Counted from the first letter of the stretch, positions 32,432 through 42,300 are shown. The stretch: 64,000 bases of DNA from an uncultured Actinomycetes bacterium (GCA_963767005.1 CAVYCN010000004.1:509479-573478), one strand, 5' to 3'. The notes: generated by a model from the sequence alone, not told the origin. Translations and numbers: made by a program.

Positions 32432-32517
32432 CGGGGGCTGGAAGCGCGCGACGCCAGTGGCAGGGGAAGGCTGCACTACGCCAGCCTGGGTGCCGACCAG
32501 CTGGCCGAGAGCTACTG

Positions 32518-33084
32518 TCAAGCGGGCTCGCCCGAGCGCTGGGCCGACGAGCTCGTGGCGTGGCGGGCACCGGACTTCAGGGTGGCGGCCATCCCGCGAG
32601 TGAGCGACACCGTTGAGCGGGTGCGCCAACTCGGCTGACCCCTGCGTCGGTCCTGCTCGCCCACTTCGGTCTTGGACGCCTCGAGTTTGTTGAGCAGGCG
32701 GGTGAGTTCGCGCACCTCGCCCGCGTTCCACTCCGAGACGAAGGTCGCAAAGCGGGCGAGCCCGATTGTGCGCAGGCGCTCTGCCTCGGCGCGTCCCTCC
32801 TGAGTGAGGCTGACGAGACAGGAGCGGCGGTCAGCCTCGTTTGCCTGCTCCGCGACAAGGCCGTCTTCTGCGAGCTCCTGGACCTGACGCGTGACCTGAG
32901 AGGGGTGGACCTGCAGGGCGCTTGCGATCTGCGATGGACGCAGACCGGCGCGCTCCTCGAGCAGCTGCAGCACGGTCAGCGCGCTGGCGCCCTTGCTGCG
33001 GCGTGCGGCGCGATCGGGGCTCGCCTTGACGGTGAAGAGGGCCAGAGCCACGGAGGCGACGTCGGCTTCGGTGGGTTTGGTCAT
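32518..33084 (-). CDS. MarR family transcriptional regulator
   Basis: wHTH LRPSQIASALQVHPSQVTRQV..ADRRSCLVSLT. Confidence 0.85.
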   Translation of the reverse strand: MTKPTEADVASVALALFTVKASPDRAARRSKGASALTVLQLLEERAGLRPSQIASALQVHPSQVTRQVQELAEDGLVAEQANEADRRSCLVSLTQEGRAEAERLRTIGLARFATFVSEWNAGEVRELTRLLNKLEASKTEVGEQDRRRGQPSWRTRSTVSLTRGMAATLKSGARHATSSSAQRSGEPA

Positions 33085-33304
33085 GGGGGTAGTGCAGGCC
33101 AGTTGATTGTGTCAAGCAACGTCAAGCCGACAAAGTCGCTGCTCCGAGGGCGATGACACCTCACACTACGACCGATAGGGCTCCAGAAACCGCTGCACCA
33201 AGTGGAGAAGCCGACGCGGAGCCGACGGCGAATACTGCACATGGTGTCTGCTCGATGTCTGACGAGTCGCAGGGCTGTGTGCGACCTCCGTCGAACAAGG
33301 CACG

Positions 33305-33517
33305 ATGAATACGCTGGACCTGCTCGGCAAGCGCGTGCGCTACAACGGTGAGACGGGGGTCGTGGTGAGCCGCTCCGAGCCGAGCCCCCTGCGCCCCGAC
33401 GGACTAGCCGCGACGCGCGGCCGATCGGTCACGATCCGCGTTGAGGGACCGCTCGCGCCCCACTTCGTCGAGGTCACAGAAGCCGATCTGGAAGGCATCG
33501 AGGTCCTAGGCGACTAG
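33305..33517 (+). CDS. Small hypothetical protein (SH3/KOW-like beta pattern)
   Basis: LLGKRVRYNGETGVVV; AAGG upstream. Confidence 0.55.
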   Translation: MNTLDLLGKRVRYNGETGVVVSRSEPSPLRPDGLAATRGRSVTIRVEGPLAPHFVEVTEADLEGIEVLGD

Positions 33518-33571
33518 GCATGCCTGGCAGTCTCTCCCGGTCTTGCCTGCGGCCCGACCTCGGCAGCCGAG

Positions 33572-34110
33572 CTAGAGACCGACATGTCCCCCGACGCTAT
33601 CGGCGGCCGCCTCGGTGCGCGGGGAGGCGCGCAGTCCCTGGCCGAACACGGCCGGCGGTTCGCCACCCGTAGACCACGACGCGCCGCAGGGCAAAGAGCT
33701 CCCTGGGTCGAGCAAGGCCGTACTCGACCGAGGTGGCCGCCAGATAGCCGGCGCGGCGCACGGCCGCCTCGACCGTCGCGTCGTAGGCGCCACCCGGGTA
33801 GCAGAAGAAGTCGACCGGCACATGGAAGTAGCGCCGCAACAGGTCGCACGATCCTTTGAGTTCATAGGCCACAACGGATGGTCGCAAGCGCGTCAGGTCG
33901 CGGTGCGTGATGGTGTGGGAGTCGATCTCCCAGCCCCAGTCGGCCATGCGCGAGATCATGGTGAGGGTGAGAGCCCTTCCGAGGTTGTGGACGATCAGGT
34001 TGAGCACGGCGGGATCGCCGTAGGAGCGCAGCAGCGGTGCCGCGTAACGGTATTGGTCAAGGTAGCCATCGTCAAAGCTCAGCACCACGGGACGGGTGGG
34101 CAACCGACGG
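33572..34110 (-). pseudogene. 5'-truncated, frameshifted CE4 polysaccharide deacetylase
   Basis: SFDDGY, WEIDSHTITH, FFCYPGG; cut off next to the att-like repeat; frameshift near 33665. Confidence 0.75.
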
Positions 34111-34123
34111 CCCTGCGTCCAGC

Positions 34124-34202
34124 AGCAGCAAGAAGCGCTGCGTAGAGGAACTTTCTGGTGGGCCGCCTGGGACTCGAACCCAGGACTCCCTGACTAAAAG
34201 TG
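34124..34202 (-). repeat. att-like repeat copy 2 containing the 3' half of a tRNA (probably Lys)
   Basis: Minus strand CTTTTAGTCAGGGAGTCCTGGGTTCGAGTCCCAGGCGGCCCACCA; 3 mismatches to copy 1; no 5' half. Confidence 0.85.
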
Positions 34203-34502
34203 GTGAGTCGGGTGTGTCGGGCCGGGCGCTCTCGTGCGTGATTGTGCTGCACTGTCCGGGTTTCTCTGGCGCCGTGGTGCGCCCCCGTGCCCAGGTGTGC
34301 CGAGCTGTGCGTGGGCATCTGGGCGGCAAAATGTCGGCAGGGAAGCGAGCTACCCTTGTGCGAGCTACCCTGGCCGACCGCGCCTCCAGCTTCGGACGTG
34401 CCACCTGCGCGGACCTGCCACAGGACAACAGCGCGCCGGCCCGCGGTCCTCGCCTACGGTCTTCGGCCCGGGGGCCATGTCGCGGTTCGCTTCGGGAAGA
34501 GG

Positions 34503-35204
34503 CTAAGAGGCTTCCGCCTTGGTCAGCGTCCAGTTGACGAACTCCTCCCAGAGCTTCATCGCAGAGGCGACGTCGACGCTGGCTGGGTCGGCCAGGAGCT
34601 GTATCGCAAGACCGTCGGTCATCGCAACGGTCAGTGCGGCGATCGTTCTCAGCTCGGTCGATAGCGAGGAACGGTCATCGGAGGCCAACGCCGACACATT
34701 CGACGTCGTGTAGGAGTCGTACAGCTGTGCCAATTGGCTGCGGGTCTTGGGATCGTCGAGCACGTGGGGCAGAAGCTCGTAGAAGAGGCCGTACCCGGTG
34801 GTGTCCGAGAGAAGGCCGGCCGGGTCCTGCATGAACACCGTGACCCGGTTCTCGCCTTCGGGAAGCTTGGCAAGCTGCTGACCGACCTCCCAGAGCGTGT
34901 CGTACATGAGCCAGTCGAGGAGCGCGACGCACAGACCCGCTTTGTTGCCGAAGTGGTAGCTGACCAGGTTCGGGCTCAGGGCAGCCTCGCGCCCGATGGC
35001 CTTGTAGGAGAGGGCCTTGTAGCCGGATCTTTGGACCAGCCGTCTCGCAGCTTCGAGCAGCTGGCGAGCGGTGGGGGAGAGACTGGCTCGGGAGCTTGGC
35101 ACAGGAAAGGCGCTGCGCGGAGAGGACGGCCCGCGAGCCGTCCTGGAAGTCGAGCCTGATCCGTTTCCGCGCGCCTTTCCCGCCACCTCGACGATCACCT
35201 CCAC
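34503..35204 (-). CDS. TetR family regulator, divergent from mttB
   Basis: QLLEAARRLV..GY..LSYKAIGREAALSPNLVSYHFGNKAGL; start uncertain. Confidence 0.85.
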   Translation of the reverse strand: MEVIVEVAGKARGNGSGSTSRTARGPSSPRSAFPVPSSRASLSPTARQLLEAARRLVQRSGYKALSYKAIGREAALSPNLVSYHFGNKAGLCVALLDWLMYDTLWEVGQQLAKLPEGENRVTVFMQDPAGLLSDTTGYGLFYELLPHVLDDPKTRSQLAQLYDSYTTSNVSALASDDRSSLSTELRTIAALTVAMTDGLAIQLLADPASVDVASAMKLWEEFVNWTLTKAEAS

Positions 35205-35449
35205 GCTCCTCAGGCTTCCACCCTACCACAGTCAACACCACCCCCCGGCCCGATGTTGTGCACCGCACAGTGTCCCGCTCAGCTCAGAGCCTGGGAGATT
35301 GGCCCCCTTCGCCTTCGCGCACGCGAAGCCTAATAGCAGTCACCGACGAACGCGTTACACCAGCAAAAACGCTATTTTCTGGGACAGCAGAGCCTTCAGA
35401 CATCGGCACAGCCACTCAATGTTGTCCGCGGCGCGACCGCGACTATCAT

Positions 35450-35498
35450 TTGACACCTGACGCGCCGCGATGTACAAGACGTTTGTGCGTCGCACAAA
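35450..35498 (+). promoter_or_regulatory. Putative mttB promoter and palindromic operator
   Basis: TTGACA (35450-55), 17 bp, TACAAG (weak -10), then the perfect inverted repeat TTTGTGCG-T-CGCACAAA (35482-98). Confidence 0.6.
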
Positions 35499-35590
35499 AC
35501 TGCGAAGGACCGTTTCGCGGACTTCGTACATCGGGAGATCCGGCGGACTGCGCAAGGCAGACACCGGCGGCCTTGTGGAAGGGTGGCTCA

Positions 35591-37054
35591 ATGAAGAGAG
35601 GTTTCGGTGCGGGCGGCACGCGTCATGGGGGGGTGGGGCTTACCCTATTGACGGAGAGCGAGCTCGCGGAGATTCAGCGCTCCACCCTGGAGCTCCTGGA
35701 GCACACGGGGGTGTGGGTCGAAGACGACGAGGCTCTCTCGATCCTGGTGGACGGAGGCTGTCGCGCAGATCGGAAGACGCACATCGTCAAGTTCCCGGGC
35801 TACCTCGTCGAGGCGGCGATCGAGTCGGCTCCGCGGACCTTCCGGCTCTGCGGGCGCGACGAGAGCAAGGACGTGGTGCTTGGCGGCAACCTCGTTCACT
35901 TCATGAACTTCGGCATCGGCATCAACCTCAACGACATCAACACAGGTGAGCATCGGCCGAGCGTGAAGAGCGACGTGGCCGATGCCGCAAGGATGGTCGA
36001 CTACTGCAGCGATATCGACGTCCTACTCGAGCCCCTCGTTCCGCACGACGTCGCTCACCCCGCTCTGCACATCCTGCAGGTGGAACTCAACAACTGCACG
36101 AAGCCGGCGATCTCCGGTCCGGGCTCAGCCGAAGAAGCGGTCGCCTGCATCGAGCTGGCCGCCGCGGTCGCCGGCGGACGCGAGGCGCTGCGTGAACGGC
36201 CTCTGATCGGCATGGGTGGTTGCACCGTCAGCCCCCTTGAGCTGACGCGCGAGGCGAGCTGCGCTTGGCTGACGGGCGCTCGCGCCGGCGTCCCCGTCTC
36301 GATAACGTCGATGACGATGGCCGGCGGCAGCGGGCCTCAGACGCTGGCAGGCACGCTCGTGGTCGCCAACGCCGAGGTGCTCGCCGCGACCACGCTGGTG
36401 CAGCTGGCAGCCAGGGGCAACCCGGTCATCTTCTCGTCATCGACCTTGGCAATGGACCTGCGGTACGGCGCCGCGGTGCTCGGCACGCCTGAGGGGGCGC
36501 TCCTGAACTCGGGGTTCGCGCAGCTCGCGCAAATGCATGGCATCCCTTCGTGGGTCCAGGGGTTGTAGGCAGACTCGAAGATCGGTGACGCCCAGACGGG
36601 ACACGAGAAGACCCTCACCGGACTTGCGGCAGCGTTGGCAGGGGCCAACCTGATCTACGGTGCGGGGATGTTCGAGTCGGGCATCACTTTCGACTACGGC
36701 CAGCTCCTGGTCGACAACGAGATCGCTGGTCTGATCAAGCGCTTCGTCCAGGGGATTCCGGTGACCGAGGAGACCCTGGCGCTCGACGTCATCCACGAGG
36801 TCGGACCCAAGGGTGACTACCTGAGCTGCTCACACACCATGCGTCACATGCGTGAGACGGCCACGCCTCTCCTCCTCGACCGGCGAGTGCGTGTGGAGTG
36901 GGCGGCGGACGGTGCCACCGACCTCTACACACGCGGTGTCCAGGAGGCTCGTCGCGTCCTCGCCGAGCACGCCGTGGAGCCTCTGCCTGACGACGTCCAG
37001 GTCGAGATGGCCGGGATCGTCGAGCAGGCAGAAGCGGCGATGGCGATCGCCTGA
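35591..37054 (+). CDS. mttB: Pyrrolysine-containing trimethylamine:corrinoid methyltransferase (in-frame TAG 36566-36568, codon 326; 487 aa)
   Basis: Two same-frame ORFs joined by a single TAG: GIPSWVQGL-O-ADSKIGDAQTGHEKT..LAGANLIYGAGM, matching the MttB Pyl-site context; pylB and pylD downstream. Confidence 0.93.
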
Positions 37055-37094
37055 GCAAACACGCGATCCGGTACTCGGAGACAAGGACGTGAAA

Positions 37095-37733
37095 ATGACA
37101 GATTTCGAGACCCTCAAGCAGATCGTCATCTCGGGAGACGACCAGGCCATCGCCGAGACGCAGAAGCTTGCCGATGGCGGCGCGAGCGCTCGCGACATTC
37201 TCGACAACGCTCTGCTGCCGGCCATGGACGTCGTGGGCGAGCGGATGAAGACCGGCGCCATGTTCATCCCAGAGGTGCTGCTCAGCGCGCGCACGATGCA
37301 GAGCTGCCTCGACCTCATCAAGCCGCTGCTCGCCGCGGGCGACTCCGGAAGCCTGGGGACGGTCGTGATCGGGACCGTGGAAGGCGACGTCCACGACATA
37401 GGCAAGAACCTGGTCGCCATGCTCATGTCGGGTGCCGGCTTCGAGGTGATCAACCTCGGCAAGGGCGTGACCGCCGCCGATTTCGTCGCCGCGGTGCGCG
37501 AGCACAAGCCCGAGATCCTCGGCATGAGCGGCCTGCTCACCACCACGATCCCGAAGATGCCCGAGGTCCTCAACGCCCTCAAGGCGGCGGGTCTTCGCGA
37601 CCAGGTCAAGGTTATCGTTGGCGGGGCCCCCGTGAGCGAGGCCTGGGCTCAGGAGATCGGAGCGGACGCGTACGGGGCGAACGCTTCGCTCGCCGTCGAG
37701 AAGTCCAAGGAGCTGCTGCGCGTCAACGTGTGA
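37095..37733 (+). CDS. mttC: Cognate corrinoid (B12-binding) protein
   Basis: FIPEVL cap, GTVEGDVHDIGKNLV (DxHxxG), GMSGLLTTT, VGGAPV. Confidence 0.9.
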   Translation: MTDFETLKQIVISGDDQAIAETQKLADGGASARDILDNALLPAMDVVGERMKTGAMFIPEVLLSARTMQSCLDLIKPLLAAGDSGSLGTVVIGTVEGDVHDIGKNLVAMLMSGAGFEVINLGKGVTAADFVAAVREHKPEILGMSGLLTTTIPKMPEVLNALKAAGLRDQVKVIVGGAPVSEAWAQEIGADAYGANASLAVEKSKELLRVNV

Positions 37734-37869
37734 CGGGCGTGGTTGCCGGCCTCCGGTCCCTGCTGCCGTGGGACCGGAGGCCGGATGGCCCGAAAGGAGA
37801 CCCGAGCCGATTCTCGATCGGGGCCAGCTAAGACGGCAAATCACCTGTCTGTCACTGCTAGGGGGACCC

Positions 37870-39291
37870 ATGGAGCAGAATGTGAATCTGGTCACCGAGG
37901 AGCAGCACCTGCATCGCAGCCTCGGGACCGCGGGCAACGTCATGCTCACCCTGTCCGCATGCGGTCTGGCGATGACCGTGTTCATCTACGTCCCGGTGGT
38001 CTACTTCGTCGCCGGCACATGGTCGTTCCTTGCTACAGCGATCGGGGCGGTCGTCGCGTTCGCGGTCGCGCTAGTCTACGCGGAGGTGGGAACCGCCTTT
38101 CCGATTGCCGGCGGCGAGTACTCGATGATCTCACGAGTACTGGGGCCAGGTGTCGGCTTCATCGTCTTTGTGATTCAGCTCTCGTTCTACGTCCTGATGC
38201 TCGCCACGTTCTCGCTAGGCGCGGGTATCCAGCTTCAAAGCGTATGGCACTCAGTCGATCCCAAAGTCATTGGCCTCGCCGTGTTCGCCATCGCCGCGGC
38301 CATGGCCGTCCCCGATATCAAGATCGGCCGGAGCGTGACCGCCGTGCTGTTCGTCCTGCAGCTCGCGGCCATCGCCGTGGTCAGCTTCCTCGGGATTGCC
38401 CACGCGCACTCACCGGCGACCAGGCTCTTTCATCTGCAAGGACTGGCACCGAGCGGCACAGCCATGGCGTTTACCTGGTCGGTGATTCTGGTGGGGCTGA
38501 CGCTGGGGTTCTTCAACCTGACTGGATTCAATCTCGTGATCGTCTTCTCGGAAGAGACCAAGGAGCCCAAGAAGCGAGTCCCGCGCGCTTTGCTGTGGGC
38601 CGTCGGGATTATCGTCGTGATCATCCTCGTGCCGACCGGGGCGGCGTTGCTCGGAGCTCCCTCGCTCAAAGGTCTTCTCTCGAGTCCTGCGCCGATGAGC
38701 TACATCATGAGCAGCTTCGGGGCGGGCTCGCTCGGGACATTCGTCAACCTCGTCGTCTTCGTAGCCATCGTCAACATGCAGCTTGCCAACGTCATCGCAT
38801 TCGGGCGTTTTCTCTACTCGGGCTCGCGTGACCGTGCCTTCCCGGCTCCGGTCAATCGGCTCTTCTCCGTGCTTCACCCACGCTTCGGGACTCCATGGAT
38901 CGCCAGCCTGTTCATGGCGGCGCTGGGCGCGGCGGCGATGTTCTCGTCGGCCATCACCGGACTGGTCACGCTCACGGGGTTCATCACCCTGGTGTTCATG
39001 AGCCTGATGTGCATCTCGGCCATCCGCATCCGCTCGCTACGTGACGCACCGGACCACTATCGCATGCCGGCTTGGCCAGTGATCCCTGTGGCAGTGATTG
39101 CCTTCTTCGTGGTCCTGGCTACCGGTCAGACCAAACACGACCTCATCATCACGGCATGCATCGCGGCAGCAGGTGTCGTCTACTACTTCGCTTACTTGTG
39201 GCCGCGGCGCGATCGGCGGTGGCAGCTGTGGAGGCCGGAGGAGTCTACGATCGTGTCTTCGGAATCCACTCCGGGTGTGCCGACCGTCTGA
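37870..39291 (+). CDS. APC-family amino acid/amine permease 1
   Basis: YAEVGTAFPIAGGEY, FSEETK, LHPRFGTP, 12 TM segments. Confidence 0.9.
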   Translation: MEQNVNLVTEEQHLHRSLGTAGNVMLTLSACGLAMTVFIYVPVVYFVAGTWSFLATAIGAVVAFAVALVYAEVGTAFPIAGGEYSMISRVLGPGVGFIVFVIQLSFYVLMLATFSLGAGIQLQSVWHSVDPKVIGLAVFAIAAAMAVPDIKIGRSVTAVLFVLQLAAIAVVSFLGIAHAHSPATRLFHLQGLAPSGTAMAFTWSVILVGLTLGFFNLTGFNLVIVFSEETKEPKKRVPRALLWAVGIIVVIILVPTGAALLGAPSLKGLLSSPAPMSYIMSSFGAGSLGTFVNLVVFVAIVNMQLANVIAFGRFLYSGSRDRAFPAPVNRLFSVLHPRFGTPWIASLFMAALGAAAMFSSAITGLVTLTGFITLVFMSLMCISAIRIRSLRDAPDHYRMPAWPVIPVAVIAFFVVLATGQTKHDLIITACIAAAGVVYYFAYLWPRRDRRWQLWRPEESTIVSSESTPGVPTV

Positions 39292-39307
39292 GAAGCGAGG
39301 ATTCGCC

Positions 39308-40729
39308 ATGAGCGTCAAGGCCGAAGACCCCGTCGGCGAGAGGCATTACGAGCAGGAGCTCAACCGCTCTCTCGGGACGCTGGGCAACGCCATGCTGACG
39401 CTGTCGGCGATGTCGCCGGCGACGACCGTCTTCGTCTATGTGCCCGTCATCTACTTCGTGGCGGGTTCGTGGTCGTTCCTTGCGACGGTCGTCGCCGGTG
39501 TCGTCGCCCTCGGGATGGCCTTGGTCTACGCGGAGCTTGGCACAGCCTTCCCATTCGCCGGAGGCGAGTATGCGATGATCGGCCGCATCCTGGGACCTGC
39601 TGTCGGCTTTCTCGTCTTCGTCATACAGCTCGTCATCTACGTTCTGCTGCTGGCCGTCTACGCGGTTGGCGCCGGGCAGCAGTTGCAGGTCGTCTGGCCC
39701 AGCCTCGACGTAAGGCTGATCGGGCTGGTCACGCTGGTCGTCGCCGGCGCATTGAGCGTGCTGAACGTGAAGGTCAGCTGGATCGTGACGAGCGCGATGC
39801 TTTTCGTGGAGCTGCTGGCGGTCGGTTCGCTGACCGTTCTCGGCATCGTCCACGCCCATGCCCCGGCGCACCGCCTGCTCGCGATCCACGTCTTCGCTCC
39901 GAGCGGTGCACCGGGACCGATCACATGGTCCGTGATCCTCATGGGCGTGACACTCGGCTTCTTCAACCTGACGGGCTTCAACTGCGCGGTCGTCTTCTCA
40001 GAGGAGACCCAGGACGCACGGCGCAAAGTGGCTCCGGCATTGATCTCAACCGTGCTCGCGGTCCTGGTGTTGGTCGGCATACCTACGGCCGCGGGTCTGG
40101 TAGGCGCCCCCTCACTGAAGGGTCTCGTCACGAGTGCCAACCCGATGAACTACCTGCTCAAGAGCTACGGAGCAGGGCGGATCGGCACCTTCATCGACCT
40201 CGCCGTCTTCGTGGCGATCTTCAACGCGCTGATTGCCAACGTCATGATCTTCGGGCGGGTCCTGTGGTCCAGTGCCCGCGACCGGGCAATGCCTGATCCT
40301 CTGAACCGCTGGCTCAACGCCGTGCATCCGACGCTGAAGACGCCCTGGGTCGCGTCACTCGTCATGGCGGCGATGGGAGCGGTTTGCATCTTCTCGTCGG
40401 CCTTGACCGGATTGGTCACGCTGTCGAGCATCGTCACGCTCGTCTTCATGGGCCTCATGTGTCTGGCTGCGCTGCGAGTCCGCCGTTTCGCTGACCTCCC
40501 CGCGCACTACGTCATGCCGGCGTGGCCGCTCATCCCGCTCGCCGTGCTCGCCGCGTTCGTCCTCATGGCGACGGGCCAGAGAATCCATGACCTGCTCATC
40601 ACGCTCGGCATCGCGGCGGTGGCGCTTGCCTACTACCTCCTCTACCTCAGGCCACGACCGACGTCCCGCTGGGTTCTGCTTGGAGCTGTCGAGGAGACCG
40701 CCAAGCGAAGAACGTCCGACGATTCGTAG
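39308..40729 (+). CDS. APC-family amino acid/amine permease 2 (paralogue of permease 1)
   Basis: YAELGTAFPFAGGEY, GFFNLTGFN shared with permease 1; GAGGA RBS. Confidence 0.9.
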   Translation: MSVKAEDPVGERHYEQELNRSLGTLGNAMLTLSAMSPATTVFVYVPVIYFVAGSWSFLATVVAGVVALGMALVYAELGTAFPFAGGEYAMIGRILGPAVGFLVFVIQLVIYVLLLAVYAVGAGQQLQVVWPSLDVRLIGLVTLVVAGALSVLNVKVSWIVTSAMLFVELLAVGSLTVLGIVHAHAPAHRLLAIHVFAPSGAPGPITWSVILMGVTLGFFNLTGFNCAVVFSEETQDARRKVAPALISTVLAVLVLVGIPTAAGLVGAPSLKGLVTSANPMNYLLKSYGAGRIGTFIDLAVFVAIFNALIANVMIFGRVLWSSARDRAMPDPLNRWLNAVHPTLKTPWVASLVMAAMGAVCIFSSALTGLVTLSSIVTLVFMGLMCLAALRVRRFADLPAHYVMPAWPLIPLAVLAAFVLMATGQRIHDLLITLGIAAVALAYYLLYLRPRPTSRWVLLGAVEETAKRRTSDDS

Positions 40730-40842
40730 CCCTGAGAGAGGACGGAAGCTACCACCCGCTGACCAACACCTGGGCGGTGCGCAAACGACCTCCCGCACCA
40801 AAGGAGCAACGCCGGCAAGTCGCCGGAAGGGGAGTGCCGAGA

Positions 40843-42294
40843 ATGGCGAGTTTCACAGTGTCAGCGCTGAACGGGGCCGAGCGCGAGTTCCTGCATGACT
40901 GCACGCTGAAGGTGCTCGAGCGCACAGGCGTGCGCTTCGACAGCGCTGCGGCGCGTTCGGCGTTGGCCGAGGCGAGCTGCCGCATCGATGAGGATACGTC
41001 TGTCGTTCGGTTTCCGCGCGACCTCGTGGAGTGGGCCCTGGCGAAGCTGCGCAGCGACGTTCTCCTTGCGGCACGTGACCCCGTAAAGGACGCCGTGCTG
41101 GACGGATCTCACACCGTTGTCGTGCCGGCTGGCATCTGCCCTTATGTAAGGGACGAGGCGTCGGGCGAACGCAGGGACGCCTCGCTCGAGGACCTCGCAG
41201 CGTTCGGGCGCGTCTGCGACGAGCTCGACGAGATCGGCGCTCTGTGGTTTCCGGTCGTGCCGGATGCCGCCACTTGTGGGACGGCGGTCGACCTTGTCAG
41301 TCTGGCGACCCTCCTGGCAACGACCTCAAAACACATTCAGGGCCAGTTGGTGAGGCCCGCCGACGTGCCGGTGGCACAGGAGCTGCTCGCGGCCGCTTGT
41401 CCTGACGAGGACCTGCGGAAGCGGCCCATCTTCTCGAGCCTCTACTGCCCCGTCTCGCCAATGGTTCACGAAGCCGAGCCCATCGAAGCGGCCCTGGCCA
41501 TGGTGGCGGCCGGCATCCCGCTTCTGGTGATCACCCTCCCACTGGCGGGCGGGACGGCGCCTGTCACACTCGCAGGCGCCATGGTCCAGAACATGGCCGA
41601 GACGCTCAGCGCCGTGGTCCTGTTCAAGCTGGCCAACGAGGACTGTCCGTTGATCCTGGCAGGGACGACCGCGCTGATGGACCTCGCCAGTGGGGCCTTT
41701 GCTACGTCGGTCCCCGAGATTGCGCTGCTCAACGCGGCGCATGTCGAATGGCTCCACTCGTACGGCGCGCCCGCCATGAGCGTGGGCTATCCCACCGACT
41801 CCTTTGGGTTCAGTCACAGGGCCGGCGTTGAATCAATGGGCTACGGCACCCTAACCCGCCTCGCGAGGCCAGACATGATGCTCGGACCCGGCAACATGGC
41901 AGCGGGCACCGTCATGTCTCTGACTAAGCTCGTCTTCGACTGCGACCTGCTCTCCTACAGCGCCAGGTTGCTGGCCGGCATCCAGATCGATGAGGAGCAC
42001 GCTCTTCTTGATGCCATCGACCAGGTAGGCCCAGGGGGCAATCATCTAGAGCGAGAGGAGACCTTGGCGTTCCTGCGCCGCCGGGAACACTGGCGCCCGC
42101 GGCTGCTGGCCCGTACGACCTACGAAGACTGGCTACGCGGGCCGCCCGATGAGATGCGCCACGCCGCGGATCGAGTCAAGGAGCTCCTCGGCAGGCGCGC
42201 GTCCCAACCCCTACCCGAGGGGGCGCTTGGGAGGATGAAGCAGGTTCTGTTGGACGCTCGACCCGAGGCGCGCGCTGTCGTCGAGCGTCTCTGA
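40843..42294 (+). CDS. Non-pyrrolysine MttB-superfamily methyltransferase
   Basis: LKVLERTGV, VSPM, LAGGTAPVTLAGAMVQNMAETL, IDQVGPGGNHL; no TAG, Pro at the Pyl-equivalent site (VGY-P-TDS). Confidence 0.85.
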   Translation: MASFTVSALNGAEREFLHDCTLKVLERTGVRFDSAAARSALAEASCRIDEDTSVVRFPRDLVEWALAKLRSDVLLAARDPVKDAVLDGSHTVVVPAGICPYVRDEASGERRDASLEDLAAFGRVCDELDEIGALWFPVVPDAATCGTAVDLVSLATLLATTSKHIQGQLVRPADVPVAQELLAAACPDEDLRKRPIFSSLYCPVSPMVHEAEPIEAALAMVAAGIPLLVITLPLAGGTAPVTLAGAMVQNMAETLSAVVLFKLANEDCPLILAGTTALMDLASGAFATSVPEIALLNAAHVEWLHSYGAPAMSVGYPTDSFGFSHRAGVESMGYGTLTRLARPDMMLGPGNMAAGTVMSLTKLVFDCDLLSYSARLLAGIQIDEEHALLDAIDQVGPGGNHLEREETLAFLRRREHWRPRLLARTTYEDWLRGPPDEMRHAADRVKELLGRRASQPLPEGALGRMKQVLLDARPEARAVVERL

Positions 42295-42300
42295 TCGACG

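Noticed and set aside
36566-36568. mttB as a nonsense pseudogene or two separate genes
   Set aside because: The single TAG falls at the Pyl site, the downstream frame stays conserved, and pylB/pylD are nearby.
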